IMG/VR virus record: IMGVR_UViG_3300005518_000002
Span: 17,860-81,859 of that record
Reading direction: 5' to 3' (one strand)
Length of the DNA stretch: 64,000 bases
Source: a virus
Both the position numbers and the translations under genes were made by a program. Below the pieces are notes generated by a model. The model was not told the DNA's origin, did not search any database, and saw only the letters and a list, made by a program, of their open reading frames with translations. Shown here in pieces: positions 58,147 to 64,000 of this stretch (the stretch's first letter is position 1; each line of letters begins with the position of its first letter).

Positions 58147-58205
58147 GGCGAAACCGGCGCGAGCCGGTCGGCCGGAGATCACCTCCCGGTCCTGACGAGC
58201 CAGGT
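58147..58205 (+). ncRNA. Type II hammerhead ribozyme
   Basis: GGC-GAAA-CCGGC(GCGA)GCCGG-UC^-GGCCGG..CCGGUC-CUGACGA-GCC; all core nucleotides present; ACCU/AGGU pseudoknot possible. Confidence 0.9.
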
Positions 58206-58231
58206 CAGTCCAACTGAATGACGGAGAGATC

Positions 58232-58740
58232 ATGGACAAGGACATCACCGTCCGGCGGCACTCGGCCGTCCCCGGCCTCAAGGACGTCCACCTGAAGGCC
58301 CAGCCCGCCTACACCTTCACCTACCGCGGAGAAAACTACTCCGCGGCCTACGACCGGCTGAGCGAGATGTGGAGCGTCAGCTGGGTGAGCTCGCCCGACG
58401 GTGCGACGCACCCCATGGCTGTGCGCTCCTCGCTGGAGCAGGCCGTGCGAGACGCCATGAGCGATGTGGACCTGATCGCCCGGCACCTCCCCAAGGTGCC
58501 CCAGACCACGACCCGGGAGAACTGACCATGCGTGACCTGACCGAGCCGGTCGACTGGCAAGTGCTCATCAGTCACCCAGCCTCACGGACTGAGTACCAGG
58601 AGGCCGAGACCAGCAGGGGCACAGTGGCCCGGGTGACCGAGGACGGGCACGAAGTCGTCTCCCCCAGCGGTGACACCGAGCAGGTGCGGCGGCAGTACAA
58701 CGGCCGGGTTCAGGCGTACCTGAAGTCCTACGGTCTGTAA
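58232..58740 (+). CDS. Two small early genes (58232-58525, 58528-58740)
   Basis: RBS-led ORFs. Confidence 0.65.
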
Positions 58741-58804
58741 ATCGCACCACCCGTGAACTGTACTGATCAAAGGCCCTCCACCGGCTACGGTGGAGGGCCC
58801 GCCA

Positions 58805-58875
58805 GCCTCCATGGGGTAATGGATGCCCGCCGGGTTCTCAGCCCGGAGATGCCGGATCGTGACCGGCTGGAGGTA
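58805..58875 (+). tRNA. Atypical tRNA-Glu(CUC)
   Basis: GCCTCCA/TGGAGGT acceptor; D GGGT-AATGGAT-GCCC; AC CCGGG-TTCTCAG-CCCGG; T GCCGG-ATCGTGA-CCGGC. Confidence 0.75.
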
Positions 58876-58916
58876 CGCAGGAACGACCAACTGAACAGGA
58901 CCACAGGGAGATCGCT

Positions 58917-59201
58917 ATGAGCACTGCTGCCAGGCCGACCTGTCTGGAGCTCGCAGTCAACTGGGAGCGCGGCTGGAAGGTCTACGAAGTGACCGGCACC
59001 CGGCACGCGCATTTCCTGCTGAAGAAGCTCGCTGCTCGCGACGGCTTCCTGGGAGCCCGGCTGCGGGATCTGCTGTACGAAAGTGACGGCACGGTGACGA
59101 ACAACGTCCTGATGTTCTCCAGCCAGGACATCCTGTACGGCAGCGAGAAGTTCGGCGCGCTGCTGGACCGGGGCAACAGCAACTATGACCTGGAGCACTG
59201 A
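58917..59201 (+). CDS. Hypothetical protein
   Basis: 94 aa, AGGGAG RBS. Confidence 0.65.
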   Translation: MSTAARPTCLELAVNWERGWKVYEVTGTRHAHFLLKKLAARDGFLGARLRDLLYESDGTVTNNVLMFSSQDILYGSEKFGALLDRGNSNYDLEH

Positions 59202-59206
59202 TCGAC

Positions 59207-59344
59207 CCCTCTGTCCGGATGGAACGGGCCGCGACCGCCTCGGGCGGGGAAGCCGGTCCGGACGGAGGCCATGCCGGGGATATCCAGCGGGTGCTCGCGT
59301 GATCAGCACGCCCCCGGGGGTTCGAGTCCCCCGCCCGGTACGCA
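59207..59344 (+). ncRNA. 12-bp hairpin ending CCA followed by second D-arm-less tRNA-like element
   Basis: CCTCTGTCCGGA/TCCGGACGGAGG-CCA; then GCCGGG.../GGGGG-TTCGAGT-CCCCC-GCCCGGT. Confidence 0.55.
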
Positions 59345-59370
59345 GGAACACAGACCAAGGAGGACCAGCC

Positions 59371-62112
59371 ATGGATGCAAAGGGATTCAAGATCACTAAG
59401 AAGGAGGTCCGGGGACGGGTCCTCGTGACCTGCTCCGAGCACGGGAAGCTCGCGGTTCACGGCGGAGACTTTCCGTGGACGGCCGCACAGGTCACGGAGT
59501 GGACCCACGCCCGCGACGTGCACCGCGTGCCCGTCACCTTGTAACTGTGGACGGCACATGTCCGGCGGGGCGGCACGCCTACCCCGCGACACGCATGGCC
59601 ACGATGAGCGAAGGCAAGCTCCGGTTCTACTGCGGCGGTTGCCGAAGGGACCGGGACGGAGCCCGGAGGGAGCGGGACTACCAGCCGTACGAGCCGGACA
59701 TGGAAGCCGTGAAGCGCGCGGTGTACGGCGATCCCCCCGAGTACCTGCATCCCGCGGAGCGCCGCCTGGCAGCGGAGGAGATCTACGCCGTCCCGCTGCC
59801 GCGCCGCCTCAGTCTCTCCGTATCGGCGCAGCATCTGCGCTGCACTCCCCGGCACGTCAGCTGGCTGTTCAAGAAGATCAAGGAAGCGAAAGAGGGGTAA
59901 TGGTCACTAAGAATCAGGCGCTGAGCGTCAACGACTTCCACTACGGCACCTGTACCCGCGAGACGGGACCCCGTGGCGGCGTGAAGGAGCGCATCGAGCG
60001 CTGGCGTCGCAACGGGTCCACCCAGACCTGGAAGACCCGTCCGCGGGAGTTCCGCCTTCCGGTCAAGTACGGCATGCGCGGCTACAGCGTGATCACTCAG
60101 GACAACGCGTCCGACTTCCACACCGAAGCGGACTGTCCGCTGAATGGAGGCTGATCATGGGTGCCACGTACAGCACGGTCCGCATCAGCCCGGTCCGGGT
60201 GGGCAACGGTCTCTGGAACCGCTGGGACTTCACCCGGGACGGTGCCACTGTCGGTGAGATCACCGAAACGGAGCGAGGCTACGTGGGCAAGCTGTTCGGT
60301 CCCCACGGACCGAACGGCAGGCCCGCGTTCACCGGCTGCGAGCTGCCGTTCCGGCAGTCGGTATTCGACCAGCTGACCAAGCAGGACGAGAAGAGGAGCT
60401 AGCTATGGCAATGGGGCAGGACCAGCGGGAAAAGGCACTGGACAGTCTGCGCGGCTGTTCACCTTTCAGGAGCGCGAACAGTGCCCTGTCGGCCGCGTAC
60501 GGGTGCCAGGGCACAGGAAAGCTGGACCACGAATACAAGGCCGATGCCGAGTCGGCCGGTTACGTGGTCTACAGCTACGAGACGCCTATCGCCTGGATCC
60601 GGCAGGACGGCACGCGGGTCATGCCGTCCGCCCGCTACAGCCAGGTAACGGCTCAGCACAAGGGCATCGTCCGTCAGGCATGGGCGGGGCGTGTGCGCGA
60701 GATCTGATCTCCGCCCGGCTGCACAGCCTCCGGTCTGTGCAGCCTGCGAGGCTGATCAGCCTTGACCACCGAGTGCCAGGAGACCACATGAACAAGATCG
60801 TCCGGCTTCTCTCCACTCTGTTCGGCAGCTGCCCCTCGGGTGGCGATCACCTTCCGGGCACGTCCGGTGAATGGGTCGGCCGCTGTACCAAGTGCGGCAA
60901 CCCCACCAGCTGATGGCAGGGACCAAGCGCCCCGGAGGGCTTCAGCCCAAAGGGCCCTGGGACAACAGGCCGCAGCCTCCGAGCCCCGGCCGTATGCAGT
61001 GACGACACCGCCGCCCGGAGCCTGAGCTCCGGGCGGCCGGGAGGGAAACATGCCAAAGATCGTTCTTCTTCAGCCGTCGGAGTACACCGACCACATCACC
61101 GCCGACGGTACGCAGCTGACCAAGCTGCCGTATCCGGTCGGTGTGCACATGGACGGCTCCGTCACCAATCAGGAGTTCTGGCAGGGCGACCCGTATCGGG
61201 TCATCGGCTTCCAGCGTGACCTTGCCCGGCACGAGATCGACGTGTGGTGGGCCGAGGTCTCCCGTGATCCGCAGAAGGCCGTCGGTCTGTACCTGGTCAC
61301 CGGGGACAGCAAGGGCGGCATGGGCGTGCACCAGACGGCCATCTCCAGCGTTGAGGTTCTGGGATCCGAATGAAGAGGATCCAGATCACGAAGACCAGGC
61401 GGCCGACCGGTCCGCCGGACATCGACACCCGGACGCCGTCCGGCCGACCCCTGCCGTACTGAGGGAGGGGCCGTGCAGACGAAGTTCGAACACGAAGTCG
61501 CGTACCTGATCGGCCGCCGGTATCACGTCTCCATATCGAAGACCGGGGGAGGCACCGTCGGTCGCCGGTACGACGGCGACTGGTCGTACGCGATCAGGAG
61601 CCAGAACTACCGGGGCAAGCTGCTGATGTTCGGCAGCGACCTGTCCACCGGCAATCCGTCAACCCACCGCGAGGCCGCGGAACTCGCGGTCGAGATGTAC
61701 GAGGGGATCTGACCATGAGGATGGCGTACCCCAACCTCACCTGGGAGAAGGCCAGCTGGCCGGACCAGACCTATCAGGCCAGGCTCGGGGAGTGGTCGTT
61801 CACCATTGACTACGTCGGCCCGGAATGGCGCCTGCGCGGCTGGCACTCCAAGGAATTCTCGGCCTGCCGTTATGCCAGGACCGCTGCTGAGCTCCAGCAG
61901 TGGGCCGACGACAACGTTCAGTAAGGATGATCATGGACAAGTGCACGAAGTGCGGCATCGCACACCCGCCCAGTCTCAAGCAGTGCGAGGGCTGTTCCGG
62001 TCCGCTGGAGAGCTACCTGAAGGCATACGAGAACGGCTGTCTGAAGGTGACATGGACCCTGTGCCCCTCGCACTACTCGCAGACGCTCAGCAGTCACCAC
62101 GACGAATACTGA
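59371..62112 (+). CDS. Small early genes (59371-59544, ~59595-59900, 59900-60154, 60157-60402, 60405-60707, 60788-60913, 61050-61373, 61473-61712, 61715-61924, ~61927-62112)
   Basis: Packed co-oriented ORFs with RBS or coupling. Confidence 0.6.
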
Positions 62113-62143
62113 TCAAGCACGACACCCGGCTTGCGCCGGGCCA

Positions 62144-62214
62144 GCCTCCATGGGGTAACGGATGCCCGCCAGGCTTTCAATCTGGAGATGCCGGATCATG
62201 ACCGGCTGGAGGTA
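62144..62214 (+). tRNA. Atypical tRNA-Glu(UUC)
   Basis: Same body as 58805-58875; AC arm CCAGG-CTTTCAA-TCTGG; T-loop ATCATGA. Confidence 0.75.
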
Positions 62215-62248
62215 CGCACCGCAACTGAACAACGACCAAGGAGCTCAC

Positions 62249-63224
62249 ATGAAACACGAAGGCCAGCTCGTCGTACCGGCAGTGAACCGGCTGGAGGTCA
62301 TGCCGTACTGGCCGATGTACGCGGACTGGATCGACCACCTGAACGAGTGTGCCCAGTGCGGCACCGTGATGGTCAGCGGCGATCAAATGATCAGCGGCCT
62401 GTGCCCGGAGGGCCAGACGCGTCAGCAGGATCTCCAGCACGACCTGATGGCTCAGTCGTCAATGGCCGCGCTCAACTGAAGAGGAGAAGTCATGGCAACG
62501 GCAAGCGCAGTGAGCCGGTACCTCGGTCAGACGTTCGCCCGGGCCGAGAGCTGGACGACGCGGGTGAAGGGCTGGCACAACTACAGCTCCGGGTTCGAGG
62601 TCCGGATGATCGGCTACGGAGAGAACCGGGGGAAGGTTCAGGTCGACCACAGCCTCGGGGACCACGGCCACCGGATGACCCCGGAACAGCGGGCGCCGAA
62701 GATCCGGAGCATGATCTCCGAGTACCGACAGAAGCTGGAGATCCGGTATTCGGTGGAGGTCGTCGCCGGGGGCACGCAGCTGATCGTGTCGGACAAGGGG
62801 AAGTCGTGAAGCCGCTGAAGGTAGGTGACCGGGTTGTCGTCACCCCGTCTGCTAAGGGTCCGGTCAAGGGCAGTCGCGGAAAGGTGGTCTCGGTGTATGC
62901 CCACGGCCGTGGCTACGGCGTACTGCTCGACTGGAAGTACGACCACCTCCAGCTGCCGTGCGCGTTCAAGCCGAACGAGATCAGGCCGGAGGACGAGAAG
63001 TCATGAAGACAGGGTTCACCGCAGCGGAGCTCCGCAGGGCACAGTCCGAGGGGGCGAAGATCATGGCGTATGACACTGAGGTGGAGTACAAGCCCTCCCG
63101 GGACCGGGACGTCACGCCCTGGCGGGCTCTCGGCTCCCGGGTACGCTACCGGTCCACAGAATGCCGTCCTGTGGAGCCCCGCGGGGGTGGCCCCTGGGCG
63201 GTGGCCAGGCTCATCAGGTTCTAG
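62249..63224 (+). CDS. Small early genes (62249-62479, 62492-62809, 62806-63006, 63003-63224)
   Basis: RBS-led or overlapping ORFs. Confidence 0.6.
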
Positions 63225-63270
63225 CGTCAGACGGCCGTACAAGCCCGCCGGGGGGCCAATCCCGGCACCC

Positions 63271-63342
63271 GCCCCTGTAGCTCAGCCGGAAGAGCGGCCG
63301 CTTTAAAACCGGCACGCACAGGTTCGAATCCTGTCGGGGGCA
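63271..63342 (+). tRNA. tRNA with UAA anticodon (Leu/bldA-type), short variable loop
   Basis: GCCCCTG/CGGGGGC; GCTC/GAGC; AC GCCGC-TTTAAAA-CCGGC (C.C mismatch at loop base); ACAGG-TTCGAAT-CCTGT; A73. Confidence 0.8.
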
Positions 63343-63369
63343 CTCGATCACGACCAGGGAGGAAAGGTC

Positions 63370-63997
63370 ATGGAAAAGAAGATCACGAAGGTGCGCGTCA
63401 GCATGCTGGTCGCGGTCGACGTGGAAGGCTACGCGAACGAGTACGGCCTGGAGCCGAAGCCCAACATCGTCCGCGCGGATGTGAAGCAGTACATCGAGGG
63501 GTGGATCAACGACGGCCCCGCGGGTTTCGAGTTCATGGAGATCATCGAACCGGGATAGGAGAACAGATCATGACCAAGACCATGGAAGACAAGGTCGAAC
63601 TGGTCCGGCTGAACCGGCTGTACCGCGAGGCCATCGGTTCGGAGTACTTCCTGTACACCGAACCGGCCGGTGGAGGAGACACCCGGTGGGTGTTCACGGA
63701 CGGCTCGGTGTACAGCCTGGACACTGCGCTTGTGCTCATGCGCGGAGCGCTGGAAGCCCTCGGTCTGGACTCCGTCCGATGAGCACTCCGGAGTGGGAAG
63801 GTCCCGCGTACCCGGATGTCTCGGTCCAGCTGTCCGGCCAGGACGGGAATGCTTTCGGCATCATCGGTTCCGTGTCCCGGGCCCTGCGCAGGGCGGGACA
63901 CCGGGAAGCGGCCGAGACGTTCTCCCGGGAAGCCGTGGACTCCCCGTCGTACGACGCGCTGATTCAGCTCGCCATGCGCACGGTGGACGTCCGGTGA
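63370..63997 (+). CDS. Small early genes (63370-63558, 63570-63782, 63779-63997)
   Basis: Last has VQLSGQDGNAFGIIG motif seen in small phage proteins. Confidence 0.65.
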
Positions 63998-64000
63998 GCC

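Noticed and set aside
60708-61049. Hairpins around the 60788-60913 ORF as further ribozymes
   Set aside because: Simple stem-loops without a recognisable catalytic core
63225-63270. Twister-like GTACAAGCCC segment before the tRNA
   Set aside because: Flanking stems and other conserved twister elements could not be built

Overview
High-GC tailed actinobacteriophage DNA, most plausibly from a Streptomyces-like host; the window looks like about 64 kb of a single phage or phage-plasmid genome, with no integrase and no host housekeeping genes. The left arm (minus strand, 1-34.6 kb) carries virion genes (head-tail proteins, major tail protein, a two-protein capsid, a 2H/MuF/protease fusion, portal, terminase), cell-wall and lysis genes including a secreted Rpf-NlpC/P60-LysM protein, sugar enzymes, a five-gene thymidine hypermodification cluster, and a primase-helicase-PolA fusion. 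The right arm (plus strand) carries an intein-containing SF2 helicase, an exonuclease, SSB, RuvC (on the minus strand), glycosyltransferases, a WYL protein and about 30 small early genes. Most striking: (1) an apparently complete Streptomyces-plasmid-type conjugation module (SpdB-like, TraA-like, TraB/FtsK, Spd-like membrane proteins) with GGACA/TGTCAG repeat arrays, embedded in a virion-encoding genome; (2) an early region punctuated by structured RNAs: a type II hammerhead ribozyme, two atypical tRNA-Glu, D-arm-less tRNA-like elements and a long structured RNA; (3) a short-arm tRNA with a UAA (bldA-type) anticodon, while TTA codons sit at strategic points in the replication region. All protein calls come from motif recognition by eye; no database searches or folding programs were run.
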